Source of the DNA: Paraspadella gotoi
Lineage: Eukaryota > Animalia > Chaetognatha
DNA length: 64,000 nt
NCBI GenBank assembly: GCA_051294375.1
Contig: CM119271.1
Location: forward strand, 7,430,162-7,494,161
Reading direction: 5' to 3'
In this document: positions 24,444-38,805 of the stretch, one piece after another
Position numbering within the stretch: the stretch's first letter is position 1
Layout: each line of letters starts with the position of its first letter
Made by a program: the position numbers and the translations under genes
Notes under the pieces: model-generated
Seen by the model: the letters and a program-made list of their open reading frames with translations, nothing else
The model's database searches: none
What the model was told of the DNA's origin: nothing

Positions 24444-26615
24444 TAGTGAAAGCCACTTAGTTATTTCAACTCCCGACGTTTATTCATTATTCTTTTCACT
24501 GGTCGGGGGGAGGCGGGGGGGGGCAGCATCGCCGGTGAGGTTTTAACGAGGACGAAGAGATGGAAGAGAAATACCGAGACGACGAAACGACGACGACGAG
24601 GACGACGACGACGCTGACAACGAAGTCAGAGACGACGACGACAAAAGACATTGAGGTCAAAAACGACAAAAACGATGACAAAGTAAATGAATTAACCGAC
24701 AACGACCACGACGACGACAGCGAGAACGACAGCAACGACTCCGAAAACGGGGTCGGATAAGACGATCACAACCAAGATGACGATAGCGACGACGACCACG
24801 AAGACGAAACGACAAAGACGGCGACAAGTATGACGACGACGATAAAAACGACGGCGACGATAGGGTTGACGTCGATCACCATTAGAGTATGTGAAAATGA
24901 TAAAATTTTAGAAAATTAAAATTTAGTAAATAAAATATAAAAATAAAAAACCGATAAAAACAATTTAGTAAATTTATTTTTTAATTTTATATAATAGAGG
25001 GCACTAGTAAGCTATATTTATATATAATAATAAAATTATAACATGCAAATTTTTAAATTTTAAGATCGGATTTGGATTCCTTGCAAAAAGTTAATATAAG
25101 AAAGTATATATTTTTTTTTAATTATTTGATTAAGTTAGTCAAAAATGTAAAAAACTATATTTAAGACGCCGATTTTTAATTTCCAGCTTAAAAATATAGT
25201 TTTTTGTAATTTTAACCTATTTAATGACATAATTTTTGAAAAAGATTTTTATTTTCTTTTATCAACTTTTAACAAAGAATCTGTTTCTGTTCTCAGAATT
25301 TAAAAAAAAACATTTTGAAATTTTAACATTATATAAGGGTAGTACTATATACAAAATAAGCTTACTGTGCTACTATATTTGTAAAAAAAGAAATATAACT
25401 ACAGATTAGTATTCACTAATATGATAGTTTTCAATATATAACTGCAAAATTTTGATTCCAAACTTTCACTTCACCCTAATAACCATCTCTTTTTTCTCAT
25501 TTTTATTCCCGACATCAGTTTCCATCGAATGACTTTTTTCCCTTTTGTTTTGATCGAAGAGACGAAGTCCGTTTGTCTTTTGTTCGGGCGAAGAGGAAAA
25601 GTTCATCCGTATTATTAGTATTACTTTCATCGGATTAAGGTAAAAAAATAAATATTTTGTAGTTGCCAGTCATTGACATTGACAACCAAATGTTTGCGGT
25701 CGCAACAAATCGATGCAACAGCAAAGAATTTCATTTTAAACATTCTTGGACGTCGTCGACGATGACGACGACGACGACTCCAACTATTTATAATATAAAA
25801 TTGTAATCAATCTATTCGAATTGATTAGATAAATAAATAACAACTTAGATAGTTATAAGTTTGTAACCAATGCTACGACGACGACGACGACGAAAACAAC
25901 GACGATGGCAACGACGACGAAAACAACGACGATGGCAACGACGACGACAACGACGAAAACAACGACGAAGCGGCACGGCTGTTTTGTCATCTTCCGCCAG
26001 AGTGATTTTCAGTTTTGTCCTTCGCTTTTCCTTCGGTTATGAATCATTCAATCCTTTAATGAATTTATGAATGAATAAATGACCCGAGAAAACGAACGAA
26101 CGAATGAATAAAATGAGATAGAAAGTGAACGAGATTGAATATCTTGAATGAGTGTCGTAATTCGTAAATAATAGAAATATTGAAAGATTGAACCGCCAAA
26201 AAAATTTACTAAAATTATCGTTTTTTACAACAATACATTCTAAATTTTGAAGACGAACTAAATTAGATTCAGCTCGTGAGGAATTTATTCTACGAACGCA
26301 CCGAGTTTTTTGACATGAGTTTTTTTTTTTTTTTTTTGTGATGAAATGTGACGAATCGTTAAAGGAAAAAAAAGGAATGATTTTCGCAGACAAAATCTAC
26401 AAACTTTTCTCGTTGAGAAACGAATGAGCGTCAAAAGAATTAAATGAATTAAATGATCGAACGTTATATGAAGGGAAGAAAAACCGTTCGACCCATTGGC
26501 AATCTCTCTCTCTCTCTCTCTCAATTCCTCTCTCTCTCTCCTCCTTCTCTCATTCTCGATCCCTCCCTCGTCTCTCACTCTTTCTCTCCCTCTCTTTTCC
26601 CTCCTCCTCCTCTCA

Positions 26616-26659
<44 letters not shown>

Positions 26660-26948
26660 CCTCTCCCTCTCGCGATTGATGATTTCTTCTCCGAATCTTT
26701 CCATCATTCTCCGCCATTCAATCTCGGCGCCACTTCCGGTGATTTCTTTCCGGCGCCGACCGATTCGTCAAGAGGCGGCGGCGGCGGCGGCGGCTGCGCG
26801 GCAAAACCTTGCAGTCCGGGCGCCATCATGAGGAAGAAAAGGCGCTCATCTTTACTAACGAAATTCGAAAGCAAAACCGCGATTTTTTCGCGAATACGTC
26901 GACAACAATACAACGACGCCCATCGCACTGTCAGCGCCGACTGCGGCG
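20280..26948 (+). repeat. ~3.3-kb direct duplication across a 25-N gap (20280-23666 vs 23692-26948); probable overfilled-gap artefact
   Basis: Colinear throughout, both copies end at the identical ...gactgcggcg before an N-run, differences are mostly 1-bp indels. Confidence 0.92.
24883..25478. mobile_element. Fold-back MITE family, copy 1 (596 bp; artefactual duplicate at 21481-22108)
   Basis: Nested imperfect inverted repeats: TAgagtatgtgaaa / tttcacttcacccTA ends; gcactagtaagc / gcttactgtgc; aaaagttaatataagaaa / tttcttttatcaactttt; aaaaactatatttaag / cttaaaaatatagttttt at centre. Confidence 0.7.
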
Positions 26949-26984
26949 NNNNNNNNNNNNNNNNNNNNNNNNNAAAAAAGAGAG

Positions 26985-27540
26985 AAGATATTTTTCACTT
27001 CATTGATAGGAAGCAGGTACTCTGAGTGAATAAACGAGACTGTGAGAGAGTCTTATTGAAAGTCTTGCAGGGACCTGCTATGTCATTAATCTTTGTAAGA
27101 GTGATGGAGGCCTTAAACCACCAAAAGCCTGTCCAAAAGTCACGGGGCAAGATAGCTTTATTTATTAAATGAATGGATAATTTTTATATTGGTTTGTACC
27201 AAATTTCCATAAAATCAGCTCGTTGTATTTTGATGGTACTATGCGGAGTACAATAAGTATTCCCCGATCTAATACTTAAGGAGTGGTCTTTTCATACCAC
27301 TTGATAACATTCTTTGAAATATTCTTCCACTTCATTGATAGGGAAGCCAGGTACTCTGGGAGTGAATAAACGAGACTGTGAGAAGTCTTGAATTGAAAGC
27401 TTGCAGGGAACCTGCTATTCATTAATCTTGTAAGAGTGATGGAGGCCTTAAACACCAAAGCCTGTCCAAAAGCAGGGGCAAGATACTTATTTATTAAATT
27501 GAATGGATAATTTTTATATTGGTTGTACAAATTTCATTAA
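26985..27540 (-). repeat. Dispersed ~270-330-bp repeat family, two tandem units here; further copies 62945-63218 (+) and a diverged fragment 8176-8255
   Basis: Shared core gtgatggaggccttaaa...cctgtccaaaag...gaatggataatttttatattg; reverse complement matches 62945-63218 over its length. Confidence 0.85.
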
Positions 27541-27574
27541 AAGGAAAAAAGAAGCATAATCAATTAGTGAAACA

Positions 27575-27925
27575 GGTTTTTTTTTTTTTTCGCATTTAAC
27601 TCATTTCCACTCAAACGATTCCTCAAAACCTTTGATTCAGCTCATATACTACCACTTTCCTCACCCAGATACAAAATTTCAAGTCAATCGCCCATCCTCT
27701 TGATAATTGGTGTTCACATAGTAAATTTTTTTTTTAATTTTCGTCATTTAAACTCATTTTCCACTTGACGATTCCATCGAAGACTTCATATATCAGACTT
27801 TCCACACTTCCTACCGCACACAGCCGAGATACGTTACCAAATTTCATTCAATCTAATCCATTGCTAGGTTGGGACGGACGGACGGACGGAACTGATGGAC
27901 GGACACATCGTTTTTTTTTGGCATA
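27575..27925 (+). mobile_element. DINE-1/Helentron-like non-autonomous fragment (inverted duplicate ~34580-34945)
   Basis: Two ~150-bp core subrepeats (tttcg(t)catttaa(a)ctcattt...acgattcc...aaatttca..caatc) followed by a (GGAC)n tract; related motif tcatttaaactcatt at 62277. Confidence 0.5.
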
Positions 27926-28189
27926 ATTTATATAATTCGATGGTTTCTGAATGAATATAGTGAGCTGCCCCGACAATATTGAGGTGGGCCGGGACGCGAC
28001 GGACCAACAAATGGTGAATTATAGAGTCGGTATCTGCGATAAGCAATCCGACTAAAAAATAAAGAAGATTTTCGCAGACAAAATCTACAAACTTTTTCTC
28101 TGAGAAACGAATGAGCGTCAAAAGAAATAAATGAAATTAAATGATCGAACGTTATATGAAGGGAAGAAAAACCGTTCGACTCCCATTGG

Positions 28190-28266
<77 letters not shown>

Positions 28267-29865
28267 CTCTCGCGATTGATGATTTCTTCTCCGAATCTTT
28301 CCATCATTTCCGCCATTCAAATCTCGGCGCCACTTCCGGTGATTTCTTTCCGGCGCCGACCGATTCGTCAAGAGGCGGCGGCGGCGGCGGCGGCTGCCGC
28401 GGCAAGACACCTTGCAGTCGGCGCCATCATGAGGAAGAAAAGGCGCTCATCTTTACTAACGAAATTCGAAAGCAAAACCGCGATTTTTTCGCGAATACGT
28501 CGACAACAATACAACGACGCCCATCGCACTGTCAGCGCCGACTGCGGCGTCGGCTGCGGCTGCGGCGTCGGCTTCTTCCGCTTCCCCATTCGCGTCGCAA
28601 TTTCCGGGAATGTGACGGAAGTTACGGTTTTGGCGCCATGCCACGCGACGCTACGCGACGCCCCGCGCGAAAGTCATTAGCGTCGCCGCTGGCCGGGGGC
28701 GGCGAAGACGGGCGGGCGGCAGAGGATGGCGGAGACAGCGGCGTCGAAAAAAATATCGGTCCCTTTGTGATGCTAAGAATATCAACGACGACGACGACGA
28801 TGGCGAAGACATCGACGACGACGACGACGACAATGGCAAAGACGACCAGAGCGACGATGTCGAACGTGTCGACTCAACGACGAAGACGTTAACTACGAAG
28901 ACGACAGCGACAATGACACCGACGACGATAGCGACGACGATGGCGTCAAAAACGACAAGGGCGACCACGTCAAAAATGTCGACGACGATAGCGACGTTGG
29001 GGAAGTTGACGACGACGACGATGACGACGACGACAATGACGACAATCCTTACTTTTTGGCGTCGAAGACGAAGATTTTCGAGAGCAGGAGGAGGAAGAGG
29101 AGGAGGAGGAGGATTTTGTTGGCTTGTTGTTGTTGTAGTTACTGATCATCGACAAAGGCTTTGATGCAGTTCAGCAGCTCGAGATATAAATCGCTGGCGA
29201 TCATGCGGTCAATGATGAGGAACGAGTTGGCTCAGTACGTGATACTCGTTATGATAATGACAAATAGGGGATCCGCCAGAATGGCCGCGTTTCCAAAGAA
29301 AGGTCCAGAGTGCAATATCTCTTGTTGGGCCCCCAAATAATTATTATGATATGGCCAATAAATCTTAGTTTGCTTATGCACAGATAAATAGTAATGCATT
29401 CGCCGTTTACAAAAAAAATGTTAATGGTTATTATATTTTTTAAATAAAAGTAAAATAAAAGTAAAATAAAAGTAAAACTATTAATCTCGAAACTCTCATA
29501 TGACAACGAAGGACGAAGACGACGACGCCATAATCGTTATGAAATAATCTTTTTTTTATTGGGGAAGAAGCGTTTAAGGTAATTTAATCTTTATAAAAAT
29601 GAGGAAGATTAAGAAGGAGAAAGAAAAAAAAGGAAGAAGGTTTGATAAAATTCTGAGAGGTGGGGAATGAGAAGAAAGTGTCAGTGGGAGAGGTTGGTGT
29701 TTTGAAAGTGAAAGATAGAAAGGAGAAAGAGGAAAGAAAGGAGGAGGAGGAGGAGGAGGAGGAGGAGGAAAGACGAAGTGAGGCTTTTTTAATCGTCTCG
29801 CCAACACAATTCCAAAGACGCGAAATTCCTTATCTCTTTTGTTGCCAGACGATTTTTAAATTTCG

Positions 29866-29999
<134 letters not shown>

Positions 30000-31193
30000 T
30001 ACCGAGCAGTAAAAGAATAAAAGAATAAAAAACCACAAACGTTAATTCGGTTTGTTTTTTGTTTTTTGTTTTTTTTTTTCGAGTCGTAAAGCAAAAAGAC
30101 TCCTTTATTTCATTGTCTCTTTAATTGCAAAATGACAATTCTGGTGACCGATTAGTTTTGAATTTTAAGTTCTATTAAACATTACAAGATTTACTTGTTT
30201 TACTATATTAGAGAATTATTGGTAAGGTTTAAATAATCATTGGCCACTATGTGAGCTTGTAAATTTTTTTTTCTGAAATAGAAGAACAAACAATTTGACG
30301 CTTAAAACGATAAAAAAGCTTGTATAAAAGCTTGTAAAAAAAACTAAATGAAAAAACTGAGGGAATGAATTTTTAAAATGAGACCTTAAAAAATTAATAG
30401 AAGGCTGACAAGTTGTAATTTATTGTAAATTAGTTTTTTCACGTAATTTTTACTATAATTAGCTTCTACTTACTAATCCCCACTTAAATTTCTTTAGTCA
30501 AGGTTTTCTATACAACGATTTACTTTTAAAAGGTTCACCTTCCCAAGCTCGAGTCTCCAAATTTTAAAACTCAAAACTTCCCAGAGCCCCTATTTCGCTT
30601 TCCTTGAATTTTTTTTTCTCTCTCTCTCAAACTTTCCCCCCTGGTTCTATTTTTTCAGTTTCCACTTTCCTTCCCATCGTTTAAAAACTTCCAGGAGAAA
30701 AAAAAAAGAGAGATACTCTCCGAGCGCGCCGGAAGCACTCGTCTCTCTCCTCTCTCTCTCTCTCTCATCTCATCTCTCTCTCTTCATCTCTCTCCTCTCT
30801 CTCTCTCTCTCCTCTATTCGCTATCTCTCTCTCTTGTGTTCATTCTGTTCTCCTTGCTTCACTCAGTCGACGTCATGTCCAGTCTCTTCTCTCAATCTCC
30901 GGACGGTAATTCGTCTCTCTCTCTCTCTCTCTCTCATGTCTCTCTCTCTCTCCTCTCTCCACCAGCTTCTCCAGTCCCTGTTTCCCTGAATAATTCTCGT
31001 TTTCCTCGCTCTTCACCTTGTTTCGCTCAGCAGTTCACTTCCGCATACTCCACCTTCCTCTTCTCTCCCCCCCCGCCCCCCTCCCTCCCTCCACCCTTCT
31101 ATGGGGTCTATAATACGATCAAAACAAATAAAAACCGCGCGACTTCTTTTCACCGGCCACTTCTTTTGNNNNNNNNNNNNNNNNNNNNNNNNN

Positions 31194-31265
<72 letters not shown>

Positions 31266-31278
31266 CATCATCTCATCA

Positions 31279-31328
<50 letters not shown>

Positions 31329-32498
31329 GCTCTCTCTCTTCTCTCTCTCGTCTCTCTCCTTATCTCCTCTCTCTCCGTTCTCGATGAATCCGCTATGTTT
31401 TTCCCTTCACTCTTTTATTCTGTTTCTGCTTCTTCCCCTCAGGTGCGAGATTCCAAATGTTCCAGGGATTTCCACTTTTAAATCTTTTTTTATCTCTCAA
31501 TCTCCGGAGCCGCGTGGGAGCAATTCGTCTCTCTCTCTCTCTCTCTTCTCTCTCTCCTCTCTCTCTCTTCCACCAGTTCAGTCCCTGTTTCCCTGAGTAA
31601 TTCTCTGTTTTCCCTCGCTCTCACCGTTGTTTCGCTCACAGTTTCACTCTTCCGCATTCACGCTCCTTCCTCTTCTTCCTCCCCCCGCCCCCCCGCGCCC
31701 CCTCCCTCCCTCCACTCCTTCTATGGGGTCTTAATCGATCAAAACAAATAAAAACCGCGCGACTTCTTTCACCGGCCACTTTTTTTTTCTCCTGGAAGTT
31801 TTAAACGATGGGAAGGAAAGTGGAAAACTGAAAAAATAGAACCAGGGGGGAAAGTTTGAGAGAGAGAGAAAAAAAAAATTCAAGGAAAGCGAAATAGGGG
31901 CTCTGGGAAAGTTTTGAGTTTTAAAAATTTGGGAGACTCGAGCTTGGGAAGGTGAACCTTTTAAAAGTAAATCGTTGTATAGAAAACCTTGACTAAAAAA
32001 TTTAAGTGGGGATTAGTAAGTAGAAGCTAATTATAGTAAAAATTACGTGAAAAAACTAATTTACAATAAATACAACTTGTTCAGCCTTCTATTAATTTTT
32101 TAAGGTCTCATTTTAAAAATTCATTCCCTCAGTTTTTTCATTTAGTATTTTTTTACAAGCTTTTTATACAAGCTTTTTTTATCGTTTTAAGCGTCAAATT
32201 GTTTTGTTCTTCTATTTCAGAAAAAAATTTACAAGCTCACATAGTGGCCAATGATTATTTAAACCTTACCAATAATTCTCTAATATAGTAAAACAAGTAA
32301 ATCTTGTAATGTTTAATAGAAACTTAAAATTCAAAACTAATCGGTCACCAGAATTGTCATTTTGCAATTAAAGAGACAATGAAATAAAGGAGTCTTTTTG
32401 CTTTACGACTCGAAAAAAAAAAACAAAAAACAAAAAACAAACCGAATTAACGTTTGTGTTTTTTATTCTTTTATTCTTTTACTGCTCGGTAGAGGGAG

Positions 32499-32535
<37 letters not shown>

Positions 32536-32546
32536 GAGAGAGAGAA

Positions 32547-32578
<32 letters not shown>

Positions 32579-35500
32579 AAGGCGAAATTTAAAAATCGTC
32601 TGGCAACAAAAGAGAGTAAGGAATTTTGCGTCTTTGAATTGTGTTTGGCGAGACGATTAAAAAGCCTCCACTTCGTCTTTCCTCCTCCTCCTCCTCCTCC
32701 TCCTCCTCGCTTTCTTTCCTCTTTCTCCTTTCTATCTTTCACTTTCAAAACACCAACCTCTCCCACTGACACTTTCTTCTCATTCCCCACCTCTCAGAAT
32801 TTTTATCAAAACCTTCTTCTTTTTTTTCTTTCATCCTTCTTAATCTTCCTCATTTTTAATAAAGATTAAATTACCTTAAAACGCTTCTTCCCAATAAAAA
32901 AAAAGATTATTTCATAACGATTATGGCGTCGTCGTCTTTTCGTCCTTCGTTGTCATATGAGAGTTTCGAGATTAATAGTTTACTTTTATTTTACTTTTAT
33001 TTTACTTTTATTAAAAAATATAATAACCATTAACATTTTTTTTGTAAACGGCGAATTGCATTACTATTATCTGTGCATAAGCAAACTAAGATTTATTGGC
33101 CATATCATAATAAATTATTTTGGGGCCCAACAAGAGATATGCACTCTGGACCTCTTTTGAAACGCGGCCATTCTGGCGGATCCCCTATTTGTCATTATCA
33201 TAACGAGTATCACGTAGCTGAGCCAACTCGTTCCTCATTCATATTGACCGGCATGATGCCAGCGATTTATATCTCGAGCTGCTGAACTGCATCATAAGCC
33301 TTTGTCGATGATCAGTAACTACACAACAACAACCAACAAAATCCTCCTCCTCTCCTCTTCCTCCTCCTGCTCTCGAAAATCGCTTCGTTCTTCGACGCCA
33401 AAAAGTAAGGATTGTCGTCATTGTCGTCGTCGTCTCCGTCGTCGTCGTTCAACTTTCCCCAACGTCGCTATTTTCGTCGTCGACATTTTTTGACGTGGTC
33501 GCCCTTGTCGTTTTTGACGCCATCGGTCGGTCGCTATCGTCGGTCGGTGTCATTTGTCGCTGTCGTCTATCGTTAGTTATCGTCTTCGTCGTTGAGTCGA
33601 ACACGTTCGACATCGTCGCTCTTGGTCGTCTTTCGGCCATCGTCGTCATCGTCCGTCAGTCGTCGTTGATATTCTTAGCATCACAAAGGGAACCGATAAT
33701 TTTTTTCGCGCCGCTGTCTCCGCCATACTCCCGCCGCCGGCCCGTCTTCGCCGCCCCCGGCCAGCGGCGACGCTAATGACTTTCGCGCGGGAGCGTCGGC
33801 GTAGCGTCGCGTAGCGGTCGCGTGTGCATGGCGCCAAAACCGTAAACTTCCGTCAACATTCCCGAAATTGCGACGCGAATGGGAAGCGGTAAGCCCCGAC
33901 GCCGCAGGCGACGCCCGCAGCCGCGCCGACGACCGCAGCCGCGGCGCTGACAGTTTCGATGGGCGTCGTTGTATGTTGTCGACGTATTCGCGGAAAGATC
34001 GTGTTTTGCTTTCTAATTTCGTTAAGTAAAGAATGAGCGCCTTTTCTTCCTCCATGATGGGGGCCGACAGCTTTATATCGACTGCAAGCTGTCTTTGCCG
34101 CCGCCGCCGCCGGCGCCGCCGGCCTCTTTACGGAATTGCGTTGGCGCCGGAAAGAGAATACACCGGAAGTTGGCGCCGAGATTTGAAATGGCGCGGAAAT
34201 GATGGAAAGATTCGGAGAAGAAATCATCAATCGACGAGAGGAGAGAGAGACGAATGAAGAGAGAGAGAGAGAAGAGGGAGAGAGAGAGAGAGGAGAGAGA
34301 GAGATTGCCCAATGGGAGTCGAACGTTTTTCTTCCCTTCATATAACGTTCGATCATTTAATTCATTTCATTTCTTTATTTTGACGCTCATTCGTTTTCTC
34401 ATTTGAGAAAAAGTTTGTAGATTTTGTCTGCGAAAATGCTTCTTTTATTTTTTAGTCGGATCTGCTTATCAGCAGATACCGACTCTATAATTCACCATTT
34501 GTTGGTCCGTCGGTCCGCCCCCTCAATATTGTCGGGCACTCACTTATATTCTGTCAGAACCATCGAATTATATAAATTTATGCCAAAAAAACGATGTGTC
34601 CGTCCATCGTTCCGTCCGTCCGTCCGTCCCAACCTTAGCAATGGATAGATTGGAATGAAATTTGGTTACACCGTTGATCCATCGCGCTGTCGGTGCGGTA
34701 GGAAGTGTGGAATAGTCTGATATATGAAGTCCTTCGATTGAATCGTCAAGTCGGAAAATGAGTTTAAATGCGAAAATTAAAAAAAAATAAATTTCACTAT
34801 GGGTGACACCAATTATCAAGAGGGATGGGGCGATTGACTTGACAATTTTGTATCTGGGTGAGGAAAGTGTAGTTATGAGCTGGAATAAAGTTTGAGGAAT
34901 CGTTTGAGTGGAAATGAGTTTAAATTGCGAAAAAAAACAAAAAACCTGGTTTCACTAATTGATTTATGCTTCTTTTTTCCTATTATGAAATTTGGTACAA
35001 CCAATAATAAAAATTATCCATTCATTTAAAAATAAGCTATCTTGCCCCCTGACTTTTTGGACAGGCTTTGGTGTTTAAGGCCTCCATCACTCTTACAAGA
35101 TTAATGAATGCAGTTCCCTGCAAGCTTTCAATTAAGACTTCTCACAGTTCTACGTTTATTCACTCGCCAGGCATACCTGTCTTCCCTAATCAGATGAAGT
35201 GGCACATAATATTTCAAAGAATGTTATAAGTTGTATGAAAAGACCCACTCCCTTAAGTATTAGATCGGCGAATACTTATTGTACTCGCCTACCATCAAAA
35301 ATACAAGGAGCTGAATTTATGAAATGGTACAAACCAATAATTAAAAATTATACAACTTCATTTAATAAATAAGCTATCCTATGCCCCTGCACTTGGCAGA
35401 GCTTTTGGTGTGTTTAATGCCATCACATACACTGCTTACAAAGATTAATACCGTGAGCGAGTCCTGCCAAGACTTTCATATCAGTCACCTCTTCCTTACA

Positions 35501-35863
35501 CCAGGTCTCGTTCTATTCACGTCCAGAGTACCTGCTTCCTTATCAATGAAGTGAAAAATATCTTCTCTCTTTTTTAGAGAGAGAGAGAGAGAGATTGAGA
35601 GAGAGAGAGAGAGAAGCTGACATTTTCTCTCTTCGATAAATCGAGTTGCATAACTAAAAATACTTAGTACGTATGTTTTATGTGACAATTTCTGAAGCAG
35701 TTTTTAGAAATAATACTTGTTGTTGTTTAATTAAATATTCATTATCGAATTCATAAACAACTTTGGTGCGAGACAAACTAATCAAGGCCAACTATCTCGA
35801 GAAAGTCAACTCATATCTCTTAACCCCCTCCCGCCGTCCCGGTACTCCCCCCAGCCAACATCC

Positions 35864-35873
35864 GTCACGTGAC
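35864..35873. promoter_or_regulatory. Perfect palindromic E-box GTCACGTGAC (CLEAR/USF-type motif)
   Basis: Exact motif in a CpG-rich patch; second independent instance at 48541-48550. Function not demonstrable from sequence. Confidence 0.35.
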
Positions 35874-36269
35874 CGAATCTCGTTTACGACTAAAGTCGAG
35901 TTTCGTTCGAAGAAGAGAAAGGAGGGCGATCGATTCTTTGCTACTTTCACTTCTCTCTCATCATTCGCATCCTTTGCTTTTGTTTTAACTCCTTTGCTTT
36001 TTTTTTAACTCCTTTGCTTTTTCGGAAATTCTTTTCGATCACTACCGGCTCCTTTCCTTTTTAGCTCTTCCTTGATTTCCTTCTCCCTCTTCTCTTACCT
36101 TTGCTTCTCAGCTCTCCTCCGTCTTTGCTCCTTTTCTCCAATCACTTTGCTTTATTGCTTCGTTCGTTGCTTCGATGCTTTCTCCGACGAGAGAGGCGGC
36201 GCAAAATCACTTCCTTTCCTTGACGTCGGTCAAAGAGCAAGATTAAACTCAATGTTCCGATCAAGGGAC

Positions 36270-36391
<122 letters not shown>

Positions 36392-37285
36392 CTTTTCCCC
36401 CCCTAATAATTCCTGCATTGCGCCCACGAGGGTTTTTCTCCGTCCTCTTTTCCCGGCCCCGATCGCCGGCCTCGGTTGTCTCCGCCCCCGGCGCCGGAAA
36501 AGTGATGCCGTCCCGGCGACACTTCCGGAGAGTCTTCCGGTCATTTATCATTTCGACGCCGGACGCCGGACTGGGGAGGAGGGTCGGCCGAATCGGCAGA
36601 AACAAACATCGGCAGCTGCGTGGGTAGTTGTGACTGGGGACTGGGAAGGGGTAAGTGGCGGAGAGAAGACTCAAGGTAGGGCGTTAATAGCTTTCGGCGG
36701 CGGCGGCGGCGTACTTGGCGGCGGCCAACCTTTTCCATTGAGCGAAATGAGGCCCACGGTCCCACAGCGGTGAAGCGATGACGAATGAACGAAAGGACTG
36801 AGTTTTTCAGACGAATAAATAATTAAATTAAAATTTTGAAGCCAAAATTGGATCCGCAGAGAGGATAGTCGAGTAAAGTGCTTCTCATACAGAAGGGACT
36901 TATATATTGACTTACGAACGGACAGACAGACGGATGCTGTTTTAATTGATTATCTACTTTTGATATTTTAAATGTAAAACGCGAAACTCGAAACTGCTCT
37001 GACACGATGGAGAAGAAATTTAACTGGCGAAAGGGCTGCGAACAATTTTAGTTGAAGTTAATGTTGAAGTTAAGTTAAGTTAAGTTAAGTTAATGTTGAA
37101 GCAATCCTATAAACTTATGGTCATGCCCATTTTCTTTTCTCAATCGTATCAGTCGAGGAATGTCGTCGTCATCATCATCATCATCATCATCACCGTCATC
37201 ATCATTTTCATTAGTGTCAGATAAGCCTTTCCCTCAATTTTTCTCTTAATTTCGAAAATTTTAAAATTCACTTCAGATTGAAACT

Positions 37286-37405
<120 letters not shown>

Positions 37406-38091
37406 TTCCAAATTTTCCAGATTCAAGCGCCTAGATTACCTTGAATCAGAATTTTCCTCGAGGCGGCGCTGGGCGGCGTCGGGCGGCGCCCGCCCCGGCC
37501 CGCCACGCCCTCTCTGTCAAAATGAAGGCGAGCCGCGCCCACTTTGGCGAAATAGCGAATCTCTAGTCTTCGCGGCTTCGAGATCGAGATTGGGTGAGGG
37601 CTGGGTGGGGCGAGGTGGGGGTGGTGGCAGGCAGGGTGAATTGGATGGGGAAGTCTGGTCCGATGGAGTTGAAGGGTTAGAAATGATGATCTTGCTGTCA
37701 ACAAAAGTAGAGAAGTTTCAAAAAAATCATTTTTACATGTAATTCTGATCAGAGAAAAAATTATGCTTAATGAGTGTAAAAACTGAAATTCTTTTTTCAT
37801 AAATGTTAGTAAATAAATGTTCATAAATGAAGTTCGATTTCTTACTAACGATGGTTAATTAAAATGAATGATGAAAGGCAACTGCTTAATAGACGGCGCT
37901 GCTCGTGCTCAATTGTGATACGAGCCGAAAAGTAATGGAACCGATTCAAGCTGAGACTATGAGAAGGTGAGTAGCGGGTGAGGTTTGAGAACAAAGGCTG
38001 ACAAGTGAAACGATTTTTTTTCATTTGAAATAAGATTTTTTTTTCTACCTCCGCCTTTTCTCTTTCTCTTCGTCGTTGATCTGAAAGTTGT

Positions 38092-38111
38092 CGTATTCCT
38101 TCTCAAATTGC

Positions 38112-38195
<84 letters not shown>

Positions 38196-38744
38196 CGAAT
38201 TTCCTCCTTTTCACTGGCGCTTAAGAAATCAAAGTCTGGCGCCGAAATCTGTCCTCGCCGCTCGAGCGCGCGCTGGCGCTGTCACATCCGCCACCGCCGC
38301 CGCCGATGCCGCCTCCGCCGCCACTTTCACCGGCACATCATCCAACACCTCGGTCGCCGCCGTCGCCGACAAGGACGGTTCTCGTCTGGAGTCTCCCCTT
38401 AATCGGCTGAAAGGAATTTCGACGTCTGTGAATTTCGTGTCGAAAATTAATTTTAAATCTCTTAGAGAAAAATAACTTAAAATTCGGAGAAATTTCTACT
38501 ATTTAAAGGAGACTTTTGTTTTAGGTAAAATCTCCTACGAAAATTGAATTTTCAATACATTTAAATATACATATTTCTAGTTTAATAATCACTATTCGGG
38601 GCGTGTCTTCGACGAACAAAATTTTAATTTTAAATCCTTGGCCAGACGCTCATTTGAAATCAGTTGCGGGGAACGAATTTGAAATTTGGCGCCAAAAATC
38701 TTCATTCTGTTGTTCCAGACAACGAATTTTGGGCGACGCTTCGT

Positions 38745-38805
<61 letters not shown>

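Larger units (their letters stand above)
26380..28548 (+). repeat. ~500-bp CpG-rich repeat present at 26380-26948 and 28068-28548 with different left flanks
   Basis: Shared from gattttcgcagacaaaatctacaaact through the (CT)n tract to gactgcggcg; upstream sequences unrelated. Confidence 0.8.

Noticed and set aside
20280-26948. Tandem duplications as real segmental duplications or LTRs
   Set aside because: Indel-dominated differences, adjacency to 25-N gaps, no TG...CA ends, primer-binding site or internal retroelement ORFs.
30700-30720. AAAAGAGAGAT at the fold point as a PacBio SMRTbell adapter remnant
   Set aside because: Only a short match in GA-rich sequence; the diagnostic CAACAACAAC/GGAGGAGG core is missing.
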